From Antedon mediterranea (taxonomy: Eukaryota > Animalia > Echinodermata): a stretch of 64,000 nucleotides of DNA. The stretch's first letter is position 1. Every line of letters starts with the position of its first letter. The stretch is from positions 29,624,388 to 29,688,387 of the forward strand of contig NC_092670.1 in NCBI RefSeq assembly GCF_964355755.1. The letters are read 5' to 3'. The notes beneath the pieces were generated by a model. The model did no database searches and was not told where the DNA came from. It was given only the letters and a program-made list of their open reading frames with translations. Below are positions 13,111 to 25,942 of this stretch, piece by piece. A program made the translations under genes and the position numbers.

Positions 13111-16100
13111 ATGGCAACGTTCATAAAGCCACCTGAAACATTAATTGTAGATGGCAGTAATCCATCACACGCATGGAACAAGTGGAAGAGGAAATTTGAG
13201 ATTTACCTCAAAGCAACAGGGAACTCAAAGAAAGAAACCGAAATCAAAGTAGGTCTGTTGCTAAACTGTATAGGCGATAACAGCATTGACATCTACACAA
13301 ATTTTAAATTCAAGCCTGCAATGCAAAATCCAGAAAATGAAGAAGAAATCCCAGCTGAGGATCCGAACGACTACACAGTCATAATGAACAAATTTGACGA
13401 ACACTTTTCTCGGCGCGACCCACAACTAATGTTACGGCAACGGTTCTGGCATCACTTACAGCGAGAACCAGGCCAGTCATTTGATTCATGGGTCACAACG
13501 GTGAAAGAAAGGGCGGCAGAGTGTAAATTCCCAAAGGAATTTCAAGAAGAAGCAGTTAGAGACAAATTAACATTTTCGTGTACTAACGACAGCTGCAAGC
13601 TGAAATTATACGACGAGGGTGCAAAGTTATCCTTGACTAAAACTACTAGAATCCTTGCACTGAAAGAGGCAACTAGTCAAGAACTCCAGAAGTCTAAAAC
13701 CGCAACCATTGACCAAGTCCGACCTAAAACAAAGCCGAGACCAGCAACGCAGGGGCAAACCAAGAAACAATACTCACACAACAAGGCAGCCCGCCCACAA
13801 ACGAATGAGGGGAAATGTCAGAAATGTGGATATTGTGGAAAATCTCACCCATATGGAAAACAGAACTGTCCAGCAAAATCAGCAACTTGTAATGCATGCG
13901 GAAAAACTGGTCACTATAAGGTAGTGTGTAGATCAACTGCAAACCGATCAAGCAGAGTCAACCAAGTCGATGACGAACACCCTTTCCTGATAAGTGGTGT
14001 TAGTGTCCAACAAGTTAACAGGTCACAGTTGAAAGACGCACACAAACAACCTGGATGGCACATCAAACTCAGAGCAGCCGATCAAGAACTGTCATGGTGT
14101 ATTGATACCGGTGCACAAGTTTCAGTGATGCCAAATATAGTGTATCAAAACCGATTCGGAGAAATGTTCCCAACCGACAAGACGCTAGTGGGTACAGGCG
14201 ATACACCACTGAAAACACGAGGATTTGTGGACATGAAGCTGAAACAACAACATGGAAACAACTCGGAGATAGAAGAAAGAGTATATATAGTCGAGAACGC
14301 AACAACACTACTGCTAGGAGTTCCAGCAATTCGCAACCTTGGACTGATCCATGAGATACCAGGAACCTATAGTGTGAAAGCAGTTGACGTCAATTCTCCA
14401 ATTACAAAGGAGAAAATAAAGGAAGAATACCCAGGACTATTCAGAGGCCTTGGTAAATTAGACGGTGAATACACCATCAAACTGAAAGAAGATACCAAAC
14501 CATTTTGCCTTACAACACCAAGAAGAATTGCCCTACCACTGCTTGAAAAGACAAAGGCAGAGTTAGAGAGGATGGTGCAACTTGAAGTTATCGAACCAAT
14601 CGATGAACCAACCGACTGGTGCGCACCTATAGTTGTGGTGCCGAAGCAAAATGGAGATGTACGAATTTGTGTTGACTTAACGAAGCTGAATCAGTCAGTA
14701 CGAAGAGAACTATATCATATGCCAAAGGTAGAAGAGACACTTGGTAAGGTGGCGAATGGAACAGTGTTCTCAAAACTCGATGCAAACTCAGGGTTTCACC
14801 AGGTGAAGCTGAGCCTAGAAAGCACAAAATTAACTACCTTCATTACACCTTTTGGGAGGTATGTGTTTAAACGTCTTCCTTATGGGATATCGTCAGCACC
14901 GGAGTACTTCCAAAAGCAGATGGACCGAGAGCTGAGAGGTCTAGAAGGTGTTGTATGTCATATGGACGACATTCTGATCACTGGCAGCAATCAGACAGAG
15001 CACGACAATAGGCTCAATGCAGTACTGAAGAGATTAGACAAAAGTGGTCTAACTCTAAATAGTGCGAAATGCAAATTCTCTCAGACGAAACTGGATTACT
15101 TGGGCCAGATAATCGATGGTGAAGGATTGAGAAAAGACCCAAAGAAAATCGAAGCAATTATGAAAATGCAACCACCCACCAATGTCACAGAACTCAGACA
15201 GTTCCTAGGAATGGTAAACCAACAGATGAAATTCGTTCCTAACCTGGCAGAGACCACCAAACCATTACGGGATCTCATGAAGAAGGAAAATGAATGGGTT
15301 TGGGACCAAGCTCAACAAGAAACATTCGTCAAGATACAGAATGAACTAAGCTCAGACAGAGTACTGAAACTCTACAGCACCACGAAAGAAACCGTTATAT
15401 CAGCCGATGCGAGCAGTTTTGGACTAGGTGCTGTGCTTCTACAGAAACAAGAAAATGGCGAGCTGAGACCAGTAGCCTATGCAAGTAGATCCATGACGGC
15501 AACGGAACGCAGATATGCACAGATCGAAAAAGAAGCACTTGCCACCACATGGTCACTTGAACATTGGGCCGATCTGTTAGTGGGACTCAAGTTTAGAGTC
15601 CAAACCGACCACAAACCATTGGTTCCACTTTTCTCTACCAAGAACATTGACGAACTCCCTATACGAGTTCAGAGATTCCGAATGCGTCTGATGAGGTTTA
15701 ACTTTGATATAAACCATGTGCCCGGGAAGTTATTATACACAGCCGATGCACTGTCAAGATCGCCGAGGCACAAAGAAAGACGTGCAAACGAAGAGATCGA
15801 CCGTGAAGAAAAGTTAAGGAATGAGGTAGAATGTTTCGTAAACAGCGTGATGGTGACTCTACCAGCATCAGACAAGAGACTGGAGGAGATAAGGTCAGAA
15901 CTGCGAAAAGATGACACTCTAAAAATGGTGATGTACCATGTTCAAGAAGGATGGAACGAGAAATCAGAGGCATCCGGCTATCTGCACAGCTACTGGAAAG
16001 AAAGAGGTAGCCTTTCTGTACATGAAGGCCTCCTCCTAAAGAGCAAACGTCTAGTAATCCCTCCAAAACTCAGAACAGATATTCTACGTTGTCTACATGA

Positions 16101-17193
16101 CAGTCACCAAGGAATTACAAAGATGAGAGCAAATGCAATGTCTTCAGTATGGTGGCCAGGGATATCGAGAGACATAGAGAAAGTTGTGAGGAACTGCGAG
16201 ATGTGCGCAAGATACAGGAGAAGTCAAGCAGAACCAATGCGAGGAACAGAGTTCCCAAACCGACCATGGTCTAGAGTTGGTACCGACTTTTTCCATTACA
16301 AGGGACGTAACTATCTACTTGCTGTAGATTATTACTCAAGAGACATTGAGGTCTGCATTGTCACAAAGAATGTAGATACGAAAGAAACTGTTGCCAAATT
16401 GAAGAAAATATTCAGTCGTCAAGGCATACCAGACGTCCTGTTCTCAGACAATGGACCACAATACAGCTCTGACGAATTCAAAGCATTTGCACAGAGCTGG
16501 AGATTTGAACATGTAACATCATCCCCTCATTTCCCACAGTCAAACGGCGAGGCGGAGCGAGCAGTACAAACCATCAAATCCTTCATGAACAAGTGTGACG
16601 ATGAGTATTTGGCAATGCTACAGTACCGTAACACACCACTTCAAAATGGGTATTCACCAACACAGTTGAATATGAGTCGGAGACTAAAGACAAGAGTGCC
16701 ATGCCACCCAGAAGAGCTCCGACCAAAACTACCAGACCAGACTGACCTTAGACAGAAAGAGGAGAGATATAGACGTGAAATGAAGAGAAACTTTGACAAC
16801 CGTCACAGAGCTGCAGATGCGGAACAACTAAGTCCGGGTGACAAAGTATATATACCGGACTTAAAACGTCACGGAACAATTACGGGATACCACAAGGCAC
16901 CCAGGTCCGTGTACATCGATACGGATGAAAAAACAGTGAGAAGAAATCGTGCAATGACACGGAAGCTCACTAACAACGATGTGATGATGCAAGAACAACC
17001 AAAGGAGAGAGATGGTGAGGTGAAGGAAAACCAAACTCCAACCAATCACGATCAATCCAGCGATGCGGGAACGCCAACTGAAGCGGACATCCGCAACAAC
17101 CCGAAGCCACCGGAAGCATCAACACCATCAAATACCAGACCACAACGGAACCGGCGAAGACCACGTTATTTGGATGAATATGTAACATCCTAA
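13111..17193 (+). CDS. Gag-Pol polyprotein (single ORF)
   Basis: First ATG at 13111 (MATFIKPP; the ORF track starts at an upstream TTG). Zinc knuckles CGYCGKSH..C and CNACGKTGHYKVVC; protease IDTGA; RT KLDANSGF and HMDDILI; RNase H ADASSFGLG and TDHKPL; integrase HHCC plus D,D35E (GTDFF, SDNGPQ, NGEAER). Confidence 0.96.
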   Translation: MATFIKPPETLIVDGSNPSHAWNKWKRKFEIYLKATGNSKKETEIKVGLLLNCIGDNSIDIYTNFKFKPAMQNPENEEEIPAEDPNDYTVIMNKFDEHFSRRDPQLMLRQRFWHHLQREPGQSFDSWVTTVKERAAECKFPKEFQEEAVRDKLTFSCTNDSCKLKLYDEGAKLSLTKTTRILALKEATSQELQKSKTATIDQVRPKTKPRPATQGQTKKQYSHNKAARPQTNEGKCQKCGYCGKSHPYGKQNCPAKSATCNACGKTGHYKVVCRSTANRSSRVNQVDDEHPFLISGVSVQQVNRSQLKDAHKQPGWHIKLRAADQELSWCIDTGAQVSVMPNIVYQNRFGEMFPTDKTLVGTGDTPLKTRGFVDMKLKQQHGNNSEIEERVYIVENATTLLLGVPAIRNLGLIHEIPGTYSVKAVDVNSPITKEKIKEEYPGLFRGLGKLDGEYTIKLKEDTKPFCLTTPRRIALPLLEKTKAELERMVQLEVIEPIDEPTDWCAPIVVVPKQNGDVRICVDLTKLNQSVRRELYHMPKVEETLGKVANGTVFSKLDANSGFHQVKLSLESTKLTTFITPFGRYVFKRLPYGISSAPEYFQKQMDRELRGLEGVVCHMDDILITGSNQTEHDNRLNAVLKRLDKSGLTLNSAKCKFSQTKLDYLGQIIDGEGLRKDPKKIEAIMKMQPPTNVTELRQFLGMVNQQMKFVPNLAETTKPLRDLMKKENEWVWDQAQQETFVKIQNELSSDRVLKLYSTTKETVISADASSFGLGAVLLQKQENGELRPVAYASRSMTATERRYAQIEKEALATTWSLEHWADLLVGLKFRVQTDHKPLVPLFSTKNIDELPIRVQRFRMRLMRFNFDINHVPGKLLYTADALSRSPRHKERRANEEIDREEKLRNEVECFVNSVMVTLPASDKRLEEIRSELRKDDTLKMVMYHVQEGWNEKSEASGYLHSYWKERGSLSVHEGLLLKSKRLVIPPKLRTDILRCLHDSHQGITKMRANAMSSVWWPGISRDIEKVVRNCEMCARYRRSQAEPMRGTEFPNRPWSRVGTDFFHYKGRNYLLAVDYYSRDIEVCIVTKNVDTKETVAKLKKIFSRQGIPDVLFSDNGPQYSSDEFKAFAQSWRFEHVTSSPHFPQSNGEAERAVQTIKSFMNKCDDEYLAMLQYRNTPLQNGYSPTQLNMSRRLKTRVPCHPEELRPKLPDQTDLRQKEERYRREMKRNFDNRHRAADAEQLSPGDKVYIPDLKRHGTITGYHKAPRSVYIDTDEKTVRRNRAMTRKLTNNDVMMQEQPKERDGEVKENQTPTNHDQSSDAGTPTEADIRNNPKPPEASTPSNTRPQRNRRRPRYLDEYVTS

Positions 17194-17394
17194 TTTCATA
17201 TAATGAACACTGATCTATAATCACTCACCAAAAATAAAAACACTGAACACTGGTTGATAATGAACAATATCGGACCTTTATTGAAACACAGATGGAAATT
17301 CAATGATTGACATGATCTTACTCTAAATGTTAATTTGTGTTTAAAGTTTAGTTGCTGCGCGACTTAAAATTATAAAGCTGATTAATCAATCTCT

Positions 17395-17408
17395 AAGAAA
17401 AAGGGAGA
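17395..17408 (+). other. Polypurine tract
   Basis: AAGAAAAAGGGAGA directly before the 3' LTR. Confidence 0.85.
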
Positions 17409-17586
17409 TGTGGTAGTATGCAATATCGATCTAGCGCCACCTAGCGGGGATCGAGAGAGGGTTTTTAACATGGACGCGAGTCACGATAGTTGATATGTTG
17501 AATAAATGTTATTTGGATTGTGTTTAACGGTAGTCCTATGTACGTCTGTTTGAGTACAGTGTAGCGACAACAAACAAAACATAATA
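17409..17586 (+). repeat. 3' LTR
   Basis: Same sequence as 12671-12848, followed by the TSD TTTCA. Confidence 0.95.
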
Positions 17587-18045
17587 TTTCAAAAGACATT
17601 TATTTTCCTCCATAGCAATACAATACAAAATAATAAACAGAAATGGTAAGGTATATTAAAAACGAAAAAGATGATTGTTGGATATACAAAAGAAAAGTGA
17701 ATTAAAGAAAATTGGCTATGGAGGAAGGCATAATCCCGAGAAGATGAGGAAATATGGGACGTTAAAGAGGTATTTAATCACATTAGGGAGTTACCCTACG
17801 GTATACAGAGTTTATCTTTAAAAAAACTCACTCATAGACTGTGTGTGCTTATGGCTTTGTTATCGGCACAACGTTGCCAAACCTATTTACTTAGGGTAGA
17901 CAAAATGATCATTAAAGCAGATGGTGCCATTTTTTATGGTAATGATTTGTTAAAGCATACAAAACCAAATAATAAGAAAGTCTCAAGAATTATTTTTAAA
18001 ACTTTTGCAGCAGATAGCAAAGTATGTCTTGTACTGTAACTACCC

Positions 18046-18950
18046 TTAAACTACGTTCACATCAAGCCCGGATCCGGTCTGGTGGCCGGAAAAAAAAATC
18101 GTAGAAAATGGGTATAGTGTTAAAAAATAGAAGCATTCACATAAAATCTGTCTGGATTTCGTACGATTTTTCTCCGGTGGACGGATTCGGAGTGATGGAT
18201 TTGGTAGCCATTTCATTTGTAAAATCGTACAGATTTTTTCTTCTGACCAACCAGCGTCCTCTCCTCCTTTTCTTGATCATCAGACGTGGTACTCGCACGT
18301 GGGGAGCTGCTGATCAGGGGGGAGAGAGAGAAAAGAACCAACACACATGCGGGATGGGAATGCCACACATTTTTGGTACAGTACCTGTATGTTGTTGCCT
18401 TTGGTGGTTATGTGCGCTATGATACATTTTTTATTGTGATGCAATCATATTCACTTTTTTCATACTTTAGGGCAGATTGCATCAAAAAAGTTTACAAACA
18501 TCAAAGATGCATATGTTTTGTATTAAGGAAGTTGAGAGAAACACAAAGTGGGCACAAACTTTGGAGTAAACGCCACAAATATAAATGGGCCGATCAAATG
18601 CAATTTTAAATTCATTTGTTACCACTAGGAGAAGTAAGGTATTATATTAATATTAAATTCTTCAATATGAAGTTAATTTTTTCTTACAACCTTGCACATT
18701 CAGGCTGAATATAAATGTACAGTATTTTTGTTCTACTTTCAGAAGTACAGGAAATTTGCCAGACACCAATGTCAGTGGCGTATGCAGTGAGTTATTAAGC
18801 AACATCGTGGATGGTGTCATTGATGATTCATTACCAGTTTTGGCAAACTCCGATTCAGAGGCTAGTACAAGCAAGTCAGCAACAAAGAGGAAATCATCAG
18901 ATATAAATACTTATATTGTTGATTACATTGACAGCAAGAACGGGGGTTAA
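18046..18950 (+). pseudogene. Harbinger-like remnant with a decayed MADF/Myb-SANT exon
   Basis: Terminus taa|actacgttcacat at 18046. The exon at ~18470-18632 reads, with frameshifts, DCIKK-FTNIKDAYV-LRKLRETQSG...KRHKYKWADQMQF, which resembles a MADF C-terminal half. A GTAAG donor and a Ser/acidic-rich exon follow. Right TIR not found. Confidence 0.5.
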
Positions 18951-20240
18951 AAAAGATGCCTTAACGCATTTTTTGATCAACATGTCATACTGTTAAAGCA
19001 TTCCTTAAACAAATAGAGATTAAACCAATAATTAGTGATGTTGTTTTGAAAATTGAGGAAGAATTAGCAATGATTGAGAATGAATGAAGTAAGTATGTTT
19101 AAAGATGTTTTGTCCCCCTGAAAATAATTCTTAACATTTTTAACATAATAGTTATCCACTTTGACCACAAATTGGATTAAAAAAAATGTATTTACCTGAA
19201 AAACTGTAATTTAAACAACAAAAAGGAAATGATTAATTTTAAATGTTTACTGTAGTGACAAACATTTTTTTGTATTACTTTTTTTTCAATTCGACAGATT
19301 GACATTGAAGAGGGTGTCCTAGTGGAAAAGGCTAAATTAATTAATTTCATAAATTAATAACTTATGCGAGAAGGTTGCTCATATTGGTATATCCAGACGT
19401 ACATGAGCTAATGGGAAAGAGCCTTACAGGACGGAAGTCAAATGCTTTAAAAAATAGTAAAGAAAGGAAAGTTTGAACCCCGCAAAAATTAGTGCTATAG
19501 TTGGCAAGTCCAATAATCACTCTCACCTTGAATGTGAAGAAAGGTACCTGGTGTGTTTGTCTGTGGTCCATTAATACCCGTCCTATATGTAAGCTTGAAT
19601 CCCGCCAGATATTTGTTGATGTGCATCAGAATGAAATGGAACTTTCGTTGATGACAGTTTATATTAATGTTTCAATCATGTTTGAATGTGTATGTAAGTA
19701 TATATGTGGTATGATTTTGTGTGTAATATACCTGTAATTTTATTTTGTTGTATTTTGTCAAAATATCCTGTCATTATCCTGTTTATTTTATGTATGGTAT
19801 CCAGACTGTAAATTTGGTCAATGAATATAACTGGGCCTATTGAATTCTTCATTCTAATTAAGTGAAAGATAAACTTCTAAATATATTTGGCATAGTCTGT
19901 ACATTTTCCTATTGATTCATCCGATAAAACTCATAAATGCATGTCAACAGCCTCATAACAAAAGTGCCTTTTTTTGTTTTTCTGCCTAACTCACTGCTTA
20001 TATCATTATACTGCCCTCTGTACATTAATATCTGAGTGCTTTTATATACATTTGCACATGCTCAGATCGTTTTTTTGTGTTTCTGCCTAATTCAGCTGTG
20101 TGACTTAGGCAATTTTCATCTGTAAAAATGGCTCACGTGGTAAATTCTAATCGAAGAAAAATCGTAACAAACTCAGTCAAGGGTGGACCAATGTGTTGAC
20201 CCCGTCATCTAGAGGTCAACTGTAACATACGTGTCACTAC

Positions 20241-20281
20241 ACTTTAAGAAAGCCAACTGATAGTTGGCGAAACATCAGGTA
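20241..20281 (+). ncRNA. Minimal hammerhead-like motif in the 5' pLTR, mutated
   Basis: tttaagaaa-GCCAACTgatAGTTGGC-gaaacatcagg. The core G and the palindromic ACGT are altered relative to the 3' copy. Confidence 0.4.
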
Positions 20282-20361
20282 AATAAAATAATCAATATTT
20301 ACTATTACTATTACGGTTGAGATATAATTAACTATTATATTTTATTTGTAATACCAACCGA

Positions 20362-21743
20362 ATGAATCTTTTTAATGAGTTACGCCAAAATTACGGAAAT
20401 AACACAGTGACTGAGATTAGGGCCTTTGAAGGGTTGAATAAAAAGATTGCTAGACACAGAAACCATCTTGTGTTTACATTACGATGCAAGGACAAAAATA
20501 TAGTTCCGTCAAGTTTACGACTCAAATGCCCTATTCACACTGTACACGCCAGGGAGATCATCAGAAAAGCAGAAAAACAGCTTGTCCGGGAAAGGATAAC
20601 AAAATGTAAATTATAAATTAAAACAGTTTGATAAAATCAGAAAGACAAAAATTGAATCCCTTGAAAATAAAAATCTCAGCAATGAACACAAATATTTGGT
20701 CGATAATCACCTGATGAGTTCACGTGACCGGGAATACAAACAAACAAAATGGCGACACATAACGAAGCTTTCTGTGTTGAAAGATAAACGAGACAAGATT
20801 TCTACCAATAATGTAAGCCTAGCAGGGGAGCAACTTAAAAATGGGTAGTCAATCTATCTAAATATAAGTTATCTAAAAATGAAGAGTCAGTTCTGTCGAA
20901 GGGACTTAATTTTGCCGTATATCCGATGAAATCCCGAAGGAGCAGGCATGTAGTTTGTTGACCCCAGCAGTAGCGGCGGACCTCAGGATGAAAGTAGCCC
21001 AAACAATTGGTACTAAAAAGCCTCCTAAATCCAATGTGTCTAAAGAAGAACGACAGGCACTTTACAAACTGAAAAAATAACCAGACATCTTAGTTCTACC
21101 AGCGGATAAAGGCAAAGCTACAGTCGACAAAAAGGAAAACATAGAAAAGTATCCGACATGCTAAGGGAGGAGAAGACTTACGGAAAATTGAAGAAAGATC
21201 CAACTGGCAAGTATAAAAATAAACGTAGGTATATATAAATTTTTGTATCCGACTGCAGAAAACATATCAAAGATATATTGCACTCCAAAAATTCACAAGG
21301 CAGGAAACCCATACAGGCCTATCATAGATTACACAGGCTCGATCGCATATACTAGAAGTGTTGCTGACCTCTTTCTTAGCCCCCTTAGTAGGTAAAAGCG
21401 AACATCATATATTAAACTTCAGTGAACTTGCAAAAAAGTTGTCAACAATCAAAATAGGTACGGATGAGATGCTAGTATCCCCCGATGTAGTGTCATTGTT
21501 TACTTGCACACCCATTCCGGAAGCGATCAGCATAATTACAGAAAGATTAGTACAAGATGAGGATTTGAAAAACCGCACAATGCTGAATGTTCAAGAAATT
21601 GTAGAGTTACGGTTCGTATTAACGACATATTTTACTTTCCAAGGTCAGATATATTACCAGAAATTCAGAGCAGCTATGGGCAGTCCAGTGTCACCGATTG
21701 TAGCAAACCTATATATGGAATGGCTAGAAAAGAAAGCTATTAA
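20362..21743 (+). pseudogene. Penelope ORF, 5' half (N-terminus and RT start)
   Basis: KIARHRNHLVFTLRCKDKNIVPSSLRL; VLSKGLNFAV; LPADKGKATV; PKIHKAGNPYRPII; DVVSLFT; AMGSPVSPIVANLYMEWLE. Multiple stops and frameshifts. Confidence 0.9.
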
Positions 21744-22679
21744 GAGCCATTGTCTGTAAAAATCAAAGATTTGGTGGCAGATGTAAAAAAATGGATTTCT
21801 CTCAAATTTTTACCATGAATAGACATTTCAATAAAAAGCATATCTACAACATTCATTTTAATTTTTAGCCCCCGTTGCCATGACAACGGTCAATTATCCA
21901 AATTTTGATGTTTTTGCCATTTTTCACAGATTTTCTATAGTGAAAAAGTACAAACTTGTATACTTATTTTAACCAAAAATACTTACAGTATACAGTTTTT
22001 GTTGATAGCAGTGTAAACAACATGTATTGAGTTCCATTTAATGTAGAAAAAAAAAAAAATTACAAAATGGAGTTTGGTTGATACCATTATTTTAAAAAGG
22101 GGTGTTTTTAAAAAATATTTTTTTTTATAAAAGTATACCTCATAAACGTACCTATAACTTCCAAAGTGGTGTTTTTAAATAAATGAGGTTTTTTAATTTG
22201 ATAGTCAATAGGTTCGTCAACAATAATCACAAAAAAAACACTGGGGTAAATTTCGTACATAGGTTTTGTGTTGCCAGGAAAATACGAAAAATACAAAAAA
22301 TATAACAAAATATCAACAAACAAAACACATGAAACACAATGTAAATATGGCTAATCCAATAAAAAAATGTATATGTGGCTTGTCATAATGCTACTAGAGT
22401 CATACGAATAGTTTAGATAAAATAGGAGAATGTGTTGCCAGGTTTATTTCAATTAATTGCCAGAAAAACAGTATTTTGCATTGAAATATGTAGTTGATGG
22501 AAAATAATGTTAAACTTGGAAATAATTGCGTCAATGGTTTTTATAAATTTTTAAATCTATTTTGTGTAAAGAGATACAGAAAGACCTCCCAGAAAATCTG
22601 ACCTTGTAAATAGGTCATTTGAGGTCAAAAGGGGTCAGAATGCAAAACAGGACAGGTCCCCATTTTACTACAACTATTA

Positions 22680-24335
22680 ATCCATTGACCTTAATAATCG
22701 TTCGATTAATTTCATTTAAATTCAACATGATTACAAAAAAATATACTGTATGCTACACATCGATACCAAGATCGTACTAATTAGATGTTTGATTCTTGGG
22801 TTATTGGTATTAATGCTACCCCCTACCCCAAAAATGTCTTTTTATTGTAATTTTGAAGAATAACAAAATTACATGACAATTGGTATTAATGCAGTGCAAT
22901 TTTTTTCATGTTAACACATATTTTGTTATTCAATATGTCAGTAAACACAAGTAATACACAATTAAATTAAAATAAAAAGTATTGAAAAAATTGGAGATTT
23001 GATATTGAAATGTATCTCATTATAGCAAATATTTGCAATTTTGCAAAAGGTCAGTGACCTTTTTGACCTCTACTGACCTTAAACATGGTTCGATTAATTT
23101 TATTAAAATTCTATATGATTAAAAAACACGAATGCTACACAACGACACCAAGATCATACTAATTAGATGTTTGATTCTTGGGTTATTGCTATTAATGTTA
23201 CACCCTACCCCAAAAAATGTATTTTTATTGCAATTTTTAAGAATAAAAAATGATAATTTGTGTATAATGAACTGCAATTTTAATCTTGTTAACATATATT
23301 TTCTTATTCAATATGTCAGTAAGCACAAGTAAAACACAATTAAGATAAAACATATTGAAAATTATAGATACTATGTTGAAATTTATCTATATTTTGGCAA
23401 AAATGTGCATTTTTTGTAAAAGGTCAATGACCTTTTGACCTCTACTGACCCTACTAATAGTCCGATTAATTTTATTAAAATTTTATAAGATTTTAAAAGA
23501 TGTATGCTACACAATGGTACCAAGATAATACTAATTAGGTGTTGGATTCTTGGGTTATTGGGATAATTGTTACCCCCTACCCCAAAAATGTCTTTTTATT
23601 GTAATTTTGAAGAATAACAAAATTACATGACAATTGGTATTAATGCAGTACAATTTTTTTCATGTTAACACATATTTTGTTATTCAATATGTCACTAAAC
23701 ACAAGTAAAACACAATTAAAATAAAAAATATTGAAAATTGGAGATTTGATATTGAAATGTATCTCATTATGGCAAATATTTGCAATTTTGCAAAAGGTCA
23801 GTGACCTTTTGACCTCTACTGACCTTAAAATTGGTTCGATTAATTTTATTCAAATTTTATATGATTAAAAAACATGAATGCTACACAACGACACCTAGAT
23901 CATACTAATTAGATGTTTGATTCTTGGGTTATTGCTATTATTGTTATCCCCTACCCCAAAAAATGTATTTTTATTGCAATTTTTAACAATAAAAAATAAA
24001 AATTTGTATATAATGAACTGCAATTTTTATCTTGTTAACATATATTTTCTTATTCAATATGTCAGTAAGCACAAGTAAAACACAATTAAGATAAAAAATA
24101 TTGAAAATTGTAGATACGATATTGAAATTTATCTATATTTTGGGAAAAATTTGCATTTTGCAAAAGGTCAATGACCTTTTGACCTCTACTGACCTTAATA
24201 ATCTTCCGATTAATTTTATTTAAATTTTAAAAGATTTTAAAAGATGTATGCTACACAATGTTACTAAGATAATACTAATTAGATGTTGGATTCTTGGGTT
24301 ATTAGGATCAATGTTACCCCCTACCCCAAAAAATA
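22680..24335 (+). repeat. ~375-bp tandem array, about 4.4 units with alternating A/B subtypes
   Basis: Units start near 22686, 23074, 23445, 23820 and 24190, each with actaattagatgtttgattcttgggttatt...ccctaccccaaaaa. Confidence 0.85.
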
Positions 24336-25312
24336 TTTGAAGATAAAACACTGATGATCATTACAAATGACGCAAGTACATACAATGCATCCCTATATTT
24401 TTCTTGTTAACATCGATTTTTTCACTCTATATGTCCGTGGGAAGAAAATGATACCAAAGAAGTTTAACTGTGGGGGGGGGGGGGGGGGGGTGCACGGTAA
24501 CCCCCCTCCAGCCCATGGACTATAATGTTTGATCAAAATTTACAAGATAGTTCATAACAATTCTCAACAATTTTCATATTTTACCTATAGTGTTACCTTA
24601 GCAACCATTTCTATGTGTAACTAAGGAAAGTAATTTTTTTTTAAACGTAAACAATGACGTTTTTATAAATACAAAGAATTGATTGCATTTGTAATTTTTC
24701 TCAATTTTACTTCTACTGCATTCCATTAATGACAAACTTGACCTTGTAAATTCATTCATTTTGAGGTCAACATTTTACCATAGTAACTGTTTCTATGCGA
24801 AAATTTCAAAAAAATAAGGGGTTTTTCATAAATACAAAACATTTTTTCTACATAGTTTTACATTTCTACTTTTTGCCAAATTTACTTTAAATACTGAATC
24901 CTAATATGACGATTCATCTGAATAAAGGTAAAAAATGACCTTTAGTGTTATCTTAAACCTGTTTACGTAACAAATGATATTTAAAAAAAAGTTAAATATG
25001 GAGTTTCATGAAAAAAAAAATTGTTTACATATTGAGGTCAAATGACATCAACATTTTACCTATAGTGTATTGTAGCAACTGTTTCTATACGTAACTAAGT
25101 ACAATATTTATAATATGGGGTTTCATGACTACAAACAATTGATTACATAGCTTTACTACCTTTTCCCAAATTTACTTATCTACTGAATCCCAGAAAATGT
25201 CTGACCTTGTGAAAAGGGTCATTTGTTGGGTCAAGTTATGTCAAAATGTATTATTTATGTTATCTTAGAACCTGTTTCTATGCATAACTAAGGATAATTG
25301 TTTTTTTAAATA

Positions 25313-25843
25313 TAGTTGAACCTCCCGTAAGTGGCCACCCTCGGGACCTGGAAAAGTGGCCGCTTACGGGCGATGACCCCTTACGGGACGTTCTGCCGAT
25401 AAAGGGCCAAAATGACTTATTATGGCTGTATACGATATTCTTAACGAAACGAGCCTCTCAATTTTCCAGCTAATTGTAGGCCTATTATTATTTATAATCA
25501 GGTGGTTTAGTATTTTTTAGCATTTTCAGACAAATTTTAAAAACTTTTATCATATGAAAAATGGTCGGTCAAAATCTGTGTAGTTTTCTCATCTCTTCAC
25601 AGTAATGTTTTTAAAACCTCTTCAAAATAAAGCTAATATATAAAGAAATACAATAAACATGCACCTCTAATTCATAGGTCCATGCAATAAGTATCGCATT
25701 TTTCGATTGGCCGCTTACAAAAAATCTCATTTTTAGTACAAAAAGGTGCCCGCAGCTGCTTACGGTAAGCACCAAATGCACTAATTAGATAGGAAGAACA
25801 AACAGGCTTTTCAAAGTGCGTCCGTTAAGGGAGGTGGCCGCTG
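25313..25843. mobile_element. Tc1/mariner-type MITE with TA TSD and shortened right end
   Basis: TA|(t/c)agttgaacctcccgtaagtggccacc...gggaggtggccgctg|TA. The inverted copy near 43640-43660 preserves CAGTTGAACC. Confidence 0.6.
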
Positions 25844-25942
25844 TAAATAAAATATGGGGTTTTCATGAATAAAAATAATCACAGAAGAAAGTGCTTACGA
25901 ATATGACCTTGTGAAACGGTAATTTGAAAATGCAAATAAGGC

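Larger units (their letters stand above)
12671..17586 (+). mobile_element. Full-length Gypsy/Ty3 LTR retrotransposon (Mag-like)
   Basis: Two 178-bp LTRs, identical on reading. 5-bp TSD TTTCA (12666-12670, 17587-17591). PBS, PPT and an uninterrupted gag-PR-RT-RH-IN ORF. Confidence 0.97.

Noticed and set aside
13709-17224. Short alternative-frame and antisense ORFs within gag-pol
   Set aside because: Shadows of the long coding frame with no recognisable motifs.
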